Origin: a virus | Lineage: Duplodnaviria; Caudoviricetes | Virus record (IMG/VR): IMGVR_UViG_3300010153_006010 | Span: 1 to 56,029 of that record | Length of the DNA: 56,029 nucleotides | Strand: one strand, 5' to 3' | In this document: positions 46,964 to 55,371 of the stretch, in pieces | Layout: each line of letters begins with the position of its first letter | Numbering within the stretch: the first letter of the stretch is position 1 | Notes under the pieces: generated by a model | Told to the model about the DNA's origin: nothing | The model's input: the letters and a program-made list of their open reading frames with translations, nothing else | Databases searched by the model: none | Made by a program: the position numbers and the translations under genes

Positions 46964-47857
46964 TTATATAAATTTAATTATTCCTTGGTTTTTTTCTATC
47001 GTAAAGCCGGTGTTATCTAGCTTTTCTGAATCTATTGAATATCTTACATCTTGGCCGAGCCTGTTTTTTACATATTTAACATGCGGATTGATATCATCAA
47101 TATTATACCATGAACACACCTGACTGACAACTTCTATGTTGGTTAAATGATTATCAGCCGCAATATTGAATACTTCATTTCTTTCGCCGCTGAGAATAAG
47201 ATGATAAATAGCCTTAACATTATCTTCCACCCGAACCCAGTCTCGTATATAAGACCCGTCGCCATGAATAGGAATACAAGTCTTGTTTTCTAAACATTCT
47301 ATAATTTTGGGAATCAATTTTTCTGAATATTGTCTTGGTCCATAGTTATTTGAGCTTCGAGTTATTAGATACTCTAGTCCGTAAGTTTTATTATGAGAGA
47401 ATACAAACATTTCGCCCGCTGCCTTACTAGCAGAATAAGGATTGCTAGGTAAAAGCATGTCCCTCTCGTAAAATTTCTTATCCCTTGTATCTCCATAAAC
47501 TTCATCGGTGCTTATTTGTACAAAAAGAGGCGGGTTATAAACCTTAGCCCTCACTAGTTCCAAGAGATTGAATACCCCTCGGGCATTACTATCAAAGAAC
47601 ACCTTAGGAGACTCAATAGAATTATCTACATGAGATTCGGCAGCGAAGTTAACCACCACATCACATGGCGGCAGGTGGGTCATAGTAGATATATCTTCTT
47701 GGCGTAGTTCATATTTGGGGTCATCATCCCAGGGTAATTCTTTATTAGAAGCATAAGTCATCTTGTCGATATCAATTACTTCATGCCCCTTCAATAATAA
47801 TAATTCCACGAAGTGACTCCCAATGAAACCTCTTCCGCCCGTAACAACAAACTTCAT
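46964..47857 (-). CDS. rfbB: dTDP-glucose 4,6-dehydratase (RmlB)
   Basis: VTGGRGFIGS, DKMTYA, FAAESHVDNSI, STDEVYG, NPYSASK, NNYGPRQ..EKLIP, R.GQDVRY. Likely start at 47857; C-terminus shorter than usual. Confidence 0.92.
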   Translation of the reverse strand: MKFVVTGGRGFIGSHFVELLLLKGHEVIDIDKMTYASNKELPWDDDPKYELRQEDISTMTHLPPCDVVVNFAAESHVDNSIESPKVFFDSNARGVFNLLELVRAKVYNPPLFVQISTDEVYGDTRDKKFYERDMLLPSNPYSASKAAGEMFVFSHNKTYGLEYLITRSSNNYGPRQYSEKLIPKIIECLENKTCIPIHGDGSYIRDWVRVEDNVKAIYHLILSGERNEVFNIAADNHLTNIEVVSQVCSWYNIDDINPHVKYVKNRLGQDVRYSIDSEKLDNTGFTIEKNQGIIKFI

Positions 47858-47858
47858 A

Positions 47859-49856
47859 TTATGATCCTTGTAAAAAAAGTTTTTGGTATGTTTTGAATAT
47901 CGAAAACTCCTCCTTCTGTTTCTTTTTTTCTGTTTCCTTATTGGTGGAAATACCTGTTGGGTTAACATAGTACAAGCCAAGGATCTTGTTTAAGCATAAA
48001 AATTTCGAACCGGCGAAAGCAGCACGGAGCCACATCTCCCAATCACCGGCACTAAAATATTCGTTGTTAAAGATGCCATATTTATCATGGAGTGTTTTCC
48101 TCCACATTGGATTGTTGTGAGGCGAATTGGATTTTAGTAAGGTTTCCTTGCCTGTGTAGGCAAAAGGTCTTAATTGTCTCCACGATGGATCATTATCTTC
48201 AAACTTTTGATTTGGTGTATCAGTTACATAACAGTCGGCGTAAACGAGATCCACATCATCATTTACACACAAAGTTTTGGCGTGATATTCTAGAGAATCA
48301 GGACTCTTACGATCGTCAAGGTTAGCATTGGTTAAATACTCCCCAGTAGAGATCTCAACGCCCATATTCCATACCGCATATATGCCTGGGTCTTCTTCCA
48401 GTCGCCGGTACACGATATTATCTGGGTATTTTTTTATGTATTTATTAATAACATCTTCTTCATTACCAGGAGAATTAGCGTTGATCAATATGAGTTCACA
48501 CTTTTCCTTAAAAATGCTTTGACGAGTTATATCCTCCATAAACCCATCGATATAATCATCACCATCATAGACAGAAGTAATAATAGAAATTTTAGGAATG
48601 CGAGTTATTGGGATATCATCATAATTGGTTAAAGATAAATCTTTTTGTAAAAATTTACTGTATTTATCTCGGACCACTGATATGTCTTGGGTTTCTCTGA
48701 GATATTCGGTTAAACGACTGACATCAAAATCTAAAAAACGACTGCCTTTTCTAATACTTTTTAAATGTTTTTTAAATGATTCTTCTCGTGGATAAGCCCA
48801 CTCACACTTTTCAGTTATCAAGCCAGGCATTAAATGATGAGGCTTCACCTTTTCAATATCGTAACCAACTTTCATAAAATGACTTTTTATCTTTTTCTTC
48901 TTGGACTTAGAAAGCACAGGAATTCGTAAGAAATCTAAATGACCTGACCAATTGGTGGCTATTACCGGAATATTATTACAGGCAGCCTGAAAGAGTGGTA
49001 TTCCGAAACCTTCGCCGTGTGTTGTGGAAATATAACATTTAATAACGTCTGGGTTATAAAGAGATTCCATCTCTTGACTGGATAAACTCCCATGTACCAG
49101 ATAAACTCTACATTTTCTTTCCTTGCAAATTGTATCCAAGAGACCATTTAGTCGATCCCTGGTATGATGAAAATCCACAGTACTATTATTATGGGCATAA
49201 GTTTTTATAACCAAACCGACATCTTCATCATCCTTGAATTCCTCGATAAACCATTTTAACATATTGTCAAAGTTTTTACGGGGAGCCATTTGTAAGACTG
49301 TAAGAAAATTAAATTTTGTAGTTAATCCCATGGGGGTATAAATGTCTAGTTTTTCCTCGGCTTTATAACCAAAAGGAATAATACTAATAGGAGTTTTTAT
49401 TCTCTCACCACTATCAGATTTCGTGTTCTTGAGATTATTTTGAGCATGTTGAGAAACAACCAAAATATGATTCATCAAATTACACGGAGAAACCCACTCA
49501 GAAGGGGCAAAAGTAGTTTCTAAAGCAGCAGTAACTCCGATATCATTCTCGGACATCTGTTGAAATTCGTTGGGGGGTCTTACTTGATATGTCGTGTCAA
49601 ATAGTCCCGCAATATTTATTTCCCCATTAGGATTCGCTCTTTGTTGAAACAACGTAGTAGTTTTATGAATATATTCTTCGTACTTTGCGGCATACTTATG
49701 ACTGCGAGTAGCCGAAGCCCATTGTGTATCTTGGATATAAAGATCTATTTGGTTCCCCAGACTGATGAAAGCATCAGCGATCGTCCTAGCATGTTCGCTG
49801 TAGCCCGAAATATTACACACTGGTCCGATAATAAGAACTTTTGGAATAGTTGTCAT
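47859..49856 (-). CDS. Bifunctional glycosyltransferase: N-terminal GT4 plus C-terminal GT2
   Basis: SGYSEH, PRKN, GEGFGIPLFQAA..NIPVIATNWSGHLDF; then KISIITSVY, GIYAVWN.G, NANLDD, AGDWEMWLR. Confidence 0.85.
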   Translation of the reverse strand: MTTIPKVLIIGPVCNISGYSEHARTIADAFISLGNQIDLYIQDTQWASATRSHKYAAKYEEYIHKTTTLFQQRANPNGEINIAGLFDTTYQVRPPNEFQQMSENDIGVTAALETTFAPSEWVSPCNLMNHILVVSQHAQNNLKNTKSDSGERIKTPISIIPFGYKAEEKLDIYTPMGLTTKFNFLTVLQMAPRKNFDNMLKWFIEEFKDDEDVGLVIKTYAHNNSTVDFHHTRDRLNGLLDTICKERKCRVYLVHGSLSSQEMESLYNPDVIKCYISTTHGEGFGIPLFQAACNNIPVIATNWSGHLDFLRIPVLSKSKKKKIKSHFMKVGYDIEKVKPHHLMPGLITEKCEWAYPREESFKKHLKSIRKGSRFLDFDVSRLTEYLRETQDISVVRDKYSKFLQKDLSLTNYDDIPITRIPKISIITSVYDGDDYIDGFMEDITRQSIFKEKCELILINANSPGNEEDVINKYIKKYPDNIVYRRLEEDPGIYAVWNMGVEISTGEYLTNANLDDRKSPDSLEYHAKTLCVNDDVDLVYADCYVTDTPNQKFEDNDPSWRQLRPFAYTGKETLLKSNSPHNNPMWRKTLHDKYGIFNNEYFSAGDWEMWLRAAFAGSKFLCLNKILGLYYVNPTGISTNKETEKKKQKEEFSIFKTYQKLFLQGS

Positions 49857-51112
49857 AGTTTTTCTACCCTAATATATTGGTAATTTTTTCTCGTCGTCCA
49901 AGACCCCTGGTCGGCGTGCAAATTAAGCATGAAGTTGACCCACTGAGAATTAAATTTCTCAAAGTTATAATTTTCCTGAACATGTTTTTGTCCTGCGACG
50001 CCGAGAGCCTCACGTTCTTCTGGGGATGATTTGTACATTTTTACTAGCGCATCGAGGAAATCTTTCTTGGCAAGTCTGTCTTCATAAATATAGGGAACCT
50101 GCTGGGATCCTATAATAGCCTTAGAAGCAGGCTCTAAACCAATACCAAACCACTTTTTGCCATCCGTTACCTGTTCTTGCAAACCACCTGTCATATTGAC
50201 AATAATAGGGGTACCACAAGACAAGGATTCAAGAGTAGCTAAACCAAAACCCTCAGCATCTGATATGTTAATTGTACACCCGGCCAGATTATACAATAGA
50301 CTTAATTGTTCAGCCGGCAACTTCTGAGTAGATAACACCATCTCCCCGTCTTTGAACCCTAAATTATTAGCTAAGTAATGAAGAGGTTGACCGTGAGGGT
50401 CGTTAGGATCTGTATGCATGAATAAGCACACCTTATCTCGCTCTATCCCTTCCAGGTCCAAAAATTCTCTAAACCAATGAATTAAACTACCAGTTTGTTT
50501 GCGTCGGGCATTTCTATTATTCCAAAAAAAGATAAATCGACCATCCAAAGCAGGGTTGTTTTTCCTTACCTCCGATAACTCTTTTTCCGATTTTTTACAA
50601 AAGATTGAAGAATCTACCGCATGAGGAATATACTCCTCTTTAACTGATGGAGCTACTGTTCTAACAATATCACTGGTCACTTTTGAGATGCTAGCAATAG
50701 CATCATTGGATTCATAAAATCTCTTATTAAAGTTAGGATATGGATAATTATCCCAGACATGGTAATAAACCATAGGAATATTCTCCCGTATGGTATCATC
50801 CATAGACCATAACCACTCATAAAACCTAGGATCAGTCATAAAATAGAGAATATCTGGTTTTCTATCTCTGATAAAAGAGTTTATTATCTGAGCGTTGCCA
50901 TAACCATCAATTGGGAAGATCTCCCAATCATCGCCGTATTGTTCTACCTTTTTTGGAGTGTAGTCTTGATGTTTGATCGCCCCCCCTAAGGAAATTACAT
51001 TAAATTTACCACTAGCCAGTAATGCTTCAATCATATATTTTGTTTGAGTAGCTACCCCAGAAGGTAATAAAGGGTGATCACTAATCGTGAGAACTGTTAT
51101 TTTTTTATCCAA
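49853..51112 (-). CDS. GT4 family glycosyltransferase
   Basis: SDHP..PSGV, IPHAVD, NRNARRK, AEGFGLATLESLSCGTP; TTG start. Confidence 0.88.
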   Translation of the reverse strand: MDKKITVLTISDHPLLPSGVATQTKYMIEALLASGKFNVISLGGAIKHQDYTPKKVEQYGDDWEIFPIDGYGNAQIINSFIRDRKPDILYFMTDPRFYEWLWSMDDTIRENIPMVYYHVWDNYPYPNFNKRFYESNDAIASISKVTSDIVRTVAPSVKEEYIPHAVDSSIFCKKSEKELSEVRKNNPALDGRFIFFWNNRNARRKQTGSLIHWFREFLDLEGIERDKVCLFMHTDPNDPHGQPLHYLANNLGFKDGEMVLSTQKLPAEQLSLLYNLAGCTINISDAEGFGLATLESLSCGTPIIVNMTGGLQEQVTDGKKWFGIGLEPASKAIIGSQQVPYIYEDRLAKKDFLDALVKMYKSSPEEREALGVAGQKHVQENYNFEKFNSQWVNFMLNLHADQGSWTTRKNYQYIRVEKL

Positions 51113-51126
51113 CTTTTTTTTGATCC

Positions 51127-51966
51127 TTATTTACAGTACTCAGTTTTATAAAACTCACAGGTTCCGGGACGAAGTTTACAACTAGTACACGAATTTCTAT
51201 TCTTAATATATCTCTTATTTGTAATATTGTATAGAGCAGTTGTTAAAGATTTTAAAGCATCCGTGGTTCGTTTTTTGGCTGCTGTAATTCTGACGAATTC
51301 CACTTTCGAGCCGGGCTTTGCCGTCCTCTTAAGAAGAACAAAGTGACAATCCAGATCCTTTGGGTCCACATCGTATTTTTGAGAATAAAAATGTTTATAC
51401 ATCACAAGTTGATATGCCAGCGTTTTGTCACTCTTTTTTTCACGACGCCATCCCCAAGAACAAGTCTTCCAATCAATCAGGTGAACCTTTTCATCTTTCT
51501 TGGAGTAGACCACGAGGTCAATAAAGCCTTTGAAGTTTTTTTCTGCTTCCGTGAATTCAGGAATTGGTTCATATAAAAACTCTTCAGCAGCTAAAACGTG
51601 CCAATCCTCACCTAATTTTCCAAACTTTTCTACAAGAGATCTATAGAGATCTGGAATAATTTCGATGCCATGATTTACCCATTCTCGAAGGTTGAACTCG
51701 GTGGCAGCTCTTTGTTGCTCTTCAATGGGTAGAGACTTCAGTTCTTTTACAAACTGCTCTTTAAGCAGGGTAATGATTTTTTCCTGAGAGCGATACTGTT
51801 CAGTTTTTGTGAGAGTTTCTTCACATAAGGTATGTAAAGCCTTTCCAAAAGCAGTGTAAATATTACCCTGAAATTGTTTAACTTTATCAATATAGGTGAG
51901 TTTGTGGTAGTGGGGGCAAATAAGCCAATTCCTCCACTCAGAATAAGAGATGTGTTTTCCAGCCAA
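51127..51966 (-). CDS. PD-(D/E)XK exonuclease, Cas4/RecB-like, with Cys cluster
   Basis: ISYS....CP, G.ALH, EE..., KGFIDLV, IDWKT, QLVMY, C-terminal CTSC....CEF....C. Confidence 0.85.
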   Translation of the reverse strand: MAGKHISYSEWRNWLICPHYHKLTYIDKVKQFQGNIYTAFGKALHTLCEETLTKTEQYRSQEKIITLLKEQFVKELKSLPIEEQQRAATEFNLREWVNHGIEIIPDLYRSLVEKFGKLGEDWHVLAAEEFLYEPIPEFTEAEKNFKGFIDLVVYSKKDEKVHLIDWKTCSWGWRREKKSDKTLAYQLVMYKHFYSQKYDVDPKDLDCHFVLLKRTAKPGSKVEFVRITAAKKRTTDALKSLTTALYNITNKRYIKNRNSCTSCKLRPGTCEFYKTEYCK

Positions 51967-51981
51967 TGTATAACCACTTTC

Positions 51982-52641
51982 TTAGTTGTTGACGACTTGA
52001 TCAATCTTGTTATATAGTTCGGGGCTAATTTTCTTTAATTTTTCTTTATCTTCTAAAAAGTATGCCTCAAAACCAGTAGCGAAATATTCTCGGAGCGAAA
52101 TCGAAGCATAGGGGCGTATAAAAATACCAGCAGTCATCATCTTTAAAAGGTTGCTCCCAATACGCTTATACAATAATACGTCCAATTCCGAATCATATTT
52201 GAGGTCCTTAAAATCATACTCTTTTGTCCAATATCCTTCAGATCTTAATTCAAACTCTAATTGCGATCGTTTTTTAAGAAACTCATCCTTTAACTTTTGG
52301 TCAGCATATAATTCTTCTGGATATAGCATCTCAACATGATGTGCAAACTCGTGAACTATATCGTTTATTAAATCGGTGGCGTCATCCTGCTCGTGAGTAA
52401 TATAAAACACGCCATCGTCATAAAGAGCGTTAGCGTCACGGGTTTTGAAACTTTCCTGATGACCTATTTCTACACCTTTTAAACCTCTGAAAAACTGTGC
52501 CGGAAGCAAGTTTTCGATAGACCTAAAGATTGCTTGTGGGTTTATATCTCCTGGTAGTTCTTCTCTTTGTATTACAGGCACATTGCCAAATTTAAAGTGG
52601 CGGGGGGTGTCTTTAACTTTTTCGAAAATATAATCCCTCAT
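51982..52641 (-). CDS. Zincin-like metalloprotease-motif protein
   Basis: VHEFAHHVE (HExxH) plus distal YASISLREYFA...E..F...LKKISPELY. Confidence 0.6.
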   Translation of the reverse strand: MRDYIFEKVKDTPRHFKFGNVPVIQREELPGDINPQAIFRSIENLLPAQFFRGLKGVEIGHQESFKTRDANALYDDGVFYITHEQDDATDLINDIVHEFAHHVEMLYPEELYADQKLKDEFLKKRSQLEFELRSEGYWTKEYDFKDLKYDSELDVLLYKRIGSNLLKMMTAGIFIRPYASISLREYFATGFEAYFLEDKEKLKKISPELYNKIDQVVNN

Positions 52642-53942
52642 AAAATCTCCGAGGCTAAAGTAGCTAATTCTGACCTCTCGCCTTTAGTCAGGGTGATATG
52701 TCCGGCTAAATCGTGTTCCTTGAATTTTTCCACCGCATGAGTGAGTCCATTTGAAACAGAATCAACATAAGAGTTATCAATCTGTTGAATGTCACCTGTA
52801 AGTATCAATTTGGTTCCGTGTCCTACTCTAGTTATTATAGTCTTTAATTCGTGTGCCGTTAAGTTCTGCGCTTCGTCAACTATCATAAAAGCATTAGCAA
52901 TGGAACGACCTCTAATATAGGTCATCGCCTCTATTTCGATAGTCCCTTGCTCTATCTGCATATCTAATGCTGAGCGATCGCCAAAAAGGTGTTCCAAATT
53001 ATCTCGGATAGGAGCAATCCAGGGCATCATTTTCTCCTCTAAAGTTCCAGGTAAAAATCCAATATCCCGACCCATTGGTTGAACAGGCCTCGTAATAATC
53101 AATTTATCATACCCTCCTTTGGCTCCAGTAGTATTAATTACTTGCTCCAGAGCACAAGCGGTAGCTAATAATGTTTTACCAGTACCAGCCGGTCCTGTCA
53201 AGGACATTATATGAACATCTCTATCAAAAAGAAGATCCATGGCGAACTGCTGCTCTTTATTTCTTGCCGATAATCCCCAAATGTTCTTGTATTTATTTAT
53301 CTTTTTAAGCGGTTTTTCTTCGCCCATATATCTACAAATAGCTGATTTATTTACCCCCTCATCTTTCAAAAGAAGAAATTGATTGGGGTATAACTTTTTT
53401 TTATGCTTTTCCAAAGTGACGGGGGCACCATTATAAAACTGATCTATTACACTAAACTCTACTTCTAATTCTTGAGTTCCAGTAAATAAATTCTCTACTG
53501 AACTTATTACCTTTTGAGGTTGATAATCGTAACATTCAATACCATGGGCATCGCATTTTACTCGCATGTTTAAATCACGAGAAATAACTACGATTTCGTG
53601 ATCTTTTTCTTTTAATCTTAAAGCAATGGCTATTATCTTATTGTCCGAATCATTTTGGTCCATCCCAGGTGGCATATATTTATCATCAAAGTGAGCGGCG
53701 AAAACTTTACCTTTCCCTCGTCCCAAAGCAACCCCTGACATAAGACTACCTTTGGATCTCAAAGAGTCTAAAACACGATTCATCGTCCTAGCGTTTAAAC
53801 CGGCAGTATCTTGACGGTGCTTATGTTTGTCTATTTCATCTAATACGATGGTTGGTATAGCAATATTGTTTTTACCGAATGCTAATATAGAACCTGCTTC
53901 TGTAAGATACACGTTAGTATCTAAAATGATGGTTTTCTTCAT
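52638..53942 (-). CDS. phoH: PhoH-family ATPase with N-terminal PIN domain (PhoH2/YlaK type)
   Basis: ILDTNV, VLDEID, DNKII, SRD.NMRVK (PIN); GPAGTGKT, IGFLPG, YIRGRS, IVDEAQN, GDIQQID, ERS.LA. Confidence 0.92.
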   Translation of the reverse strand: MKKTIILDTNVYLTEAGSILAFGKNNIAIPTIVLDEIDKHKHRQDTAGLNARTMNRVLDSLRSKGSLMSGVALGRGKGKVFAAHFDDKYMPPGMDQNDSDNKIIAIALRLKEKDHEIVVISRDLNMRVKCDAHGIECYDYQPQKVISSVENLFTGTQELEVEFSVIDQFYNGAPVTLEKHKKKLYPNQFLLLKDEGVNKSAICRYMGEEKPLKKINKYKNIWGLSARNKEQQFAMDLLFDRDVHIMSLTGPAGTGKTLLATACALEQVINTTGAKGGYDKLIITRPVQPMGRDIGFLPGTLEEKMMPWIAPIRDNLEHLFGDRSALDMQIEQGTIEIEAMTYIRGRSIANAFMIVDEAQNLTAHELKTIITRVGHGTKLILTGDIQQIDNSYVDSVSNGLTHAVEKFKEHDLAGHITLTKGERSELATLASEIL

Positions 53943-53969
53943 ATATTCCCCGAAAAAAGTGGGTTTATA

Positions 53970-53977
53970 TAATTAGT
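53970..53977 (-). promoter_or_regulatory. Putative late promoter motif ACTAATTA upstream of phoH
   Basis: Intergenic, just downstream of the tmRNA terminator, 27 nt before the ATG. Confidence 0.45.
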
Positions 53978-54001
53978 TCCCAGAGCAAACTTAAAGGTAA
54001 T

Positions 54002-54024
54002 AAAAAAGCCGCCCGAAGGCGGCT
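54002..54024 (-). terminator. Rho-independent terminator after tmRNA
   Basis: AGCCGCC-TTCG-GGCGGCT-TTTTT: 7 bp stem, C(UUCG)G tetraloop, U tract; begins at the terminal A of CCA. Confidence 0.9.
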
Positions 54025-54348
54025 GGTGGAGGTAGGGAGAATCGAACTCCCGTCTTGCCTAGTTCCATAGAAAGGTCATTCACAAGGTTAGAACTGTTTT
54101 TTTCGTCGGACAGACCACTTGACTAGATCGTTTTATTGCGGCTAAAACAATCAAAAGCACTTAGGGCACCCAAATACGGCTTTCTGTTTATTGGCTGCCG
54201 TCGCCTCAAGAGAGGTCAGGTTTTTAAGCCGCCATCTCCATGTTAAAATCGTCGTTTGCGATTAAAAGTTTAAGCGTTTTTAGTGAGCCACGCTTCCCTC
54301 ACCCTTGCACCTGTTCTATTTTCCCATCAATCGATACCGGTTACCCCC
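54024..54348 (-). ncRNA. ssrA: tmRNA (325 nt), tag peptide ANDDFNMEMAA* encoded at 54259-54224
   Basis: 5' GGGGGTA pairs with TACCTCC-ACCA (G3.U70 Ala determinant); T-arm GGGAG-TTCGATT-CTCCC; helix 2 ATAGAA/TTCTAT and GCAAGG/CCTTGT; PK1 GTGAG/CTCAC plus AGCGT/ACGCT; resume codon GCA after TAATC. Confidence 0.95.
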
Positions 54349-54357
54349 TCAGGTATT

Positions 54358-54386
54358 CTTATACCTCACGTCTATATAGTTGTCAA
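54358..54386 (-). promoter_or_regulatory. Sigma70-type promoter of tmRNA
   Basis: TTGACA(54386-54381)-N17-TATAAG(54363-54358), 9 nt before the mature 5' end. Confidence 0.8.
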
Positions 54387-54585
54387 GTTTTTGTGTAGCA
54401 GATTTTACAAAAAACCCATTAAGATTACTGAAGAAGTTATCATAACGATAAACAGCACAGAAAGAGTAGTAAGAAATAAGAATAAAAAAGAAAAAGTAGA
54501 GAAAGAGCTAAGTAAACTGTTTAAGTTGTTTAAAGCTTGCAAGCTATTATACCGAAACCTGATAAAGCGTTAAGAGGGGAATGAA

Positions 54586-55356
54586 TTAAATTTCCGATTC
54601 CATGTCCACGGACATATCAATATCGTCGGTAGGATCTTCTTTTTCCTCTTCATATTCTGGAGTAGAAATAGAGGAGAGATCGTTCTTGAGTTCATCTTCA
54701 AATTTGTCAAAATAGAGAAGGATATTCGTCAACAGATAATCATAAAAAACATCCTTATCTGTTTCATCTGCCAACATGTCATAAGCATCAACGATTTGCT
54801 TTTCTACTCTCTTATAAGACGCTTGAGCAAAGTTACGACCTGTTTCGTTTTGATCATCCAGTTGAACGAATTCATCTGATTCTCCTTCGTCGTCAATATC
54901 GATAAACTCACCTTCTACAGATTGGGCTTCTTTACCATCCAGTTGGGGATCCAGATCTATTGATAATTTTTCGAGAAGAGTTCCTTCATCAACTTCGTAA
55001 GTAATGTTCTCTGTTTGTTTTTCTCCCTGAGCCGATGCCTCAATGGGTCTTAGTGAATTTTCCATCGCATGAAGAATATGGTTTTTAAAAGACTCTCTTT
55101 GTTCCTCAGAGGTTGTAAGCATCTTGTAATCGTCTTCTAGAGTGGGAACAATATTTTGTAAGAGATCAGCCAGAACATTAATGCCGGTGCTCCGACTAGC
55201 TTCTTCGGTACCTGTTTCAGCTTCAATAAGCTTTCTTATTACTTTACGGATTTTCGCTTCCGCCAAGGTTTGTTTTTTTAATTTTTTAGATATTCTTTTA
55301 CGAATATGTTCCCTGATCATCTCTTCCGCAATAAACTGGTTTCGGTCAATAGTCAT
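54586..55356 (-). CDS. Acidic hypothetical protein, probably head-associated
   Basis: Likely start MTIDRNQ at 55356 (GGAG upstream); IRKVIRKLIEAE helix; very D/E-rich. Confidence 0.6.
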   Translation of the reverse strand: MTIDRNQFIAEEMIREHIRKRISKKLKKQTLAEAKIRKVIRKLIEAETGTEEASRSTGINVLADLLQNIVPTLEDDYKMLTTSEEQRESFKNHILHAMENSLRPIEASAQGEKQTENITYEVDEGTLLEKLSIDLDPQLDGKEAQSVEGEFIDIDDEGESDEFVQLDDQNETGRNFAQASYKRVEKQIVDAYDMLADETDKDVFYDYLLTNILLYFDKFEDELKNDLSSISTPEYEEEKEDPTDDIDMSVDMESEI

Positions 55357-55363
55357 AGTATTG

Positions 55364-55371
55364 TAATTATC
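55364..55371 (-). promoter_or_regulatory. Weak late-motif variant GATAATTA
   Basis: 7 nt before the ATG at 55356, overlapping the upstream stop codon. Confidence 0.3.

Noticed and set aside
35934-51112. Bacterial O-antigen/capsule locus (host DNA or chimera)
   Set aside because: No wzx/wzy/wzz/ABC or initiating transferase, and genes run without a break into phage genes on both sides. Read-level checking is still advisable.
51127-51966. CRISPR-Cas system suggested by the Cas4-like gene
   Set aside because: No repeat-spacer array, cas1/cas2 or effector genes were seen.
54024-54060. tRNA gene or prophage attachment site
   Set aside because: The tRNA-like 3' end belongs to a full tmRNA; there is no anticodon arm, no duplicated 3' fragment and no integrase.
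54283-54573. 96 aa plus-strand ORF
   Set aside because: Overlaps the tmRNA 5' end and its promoter in antisense; Lys/Glu richness follows from the A-rich strand.
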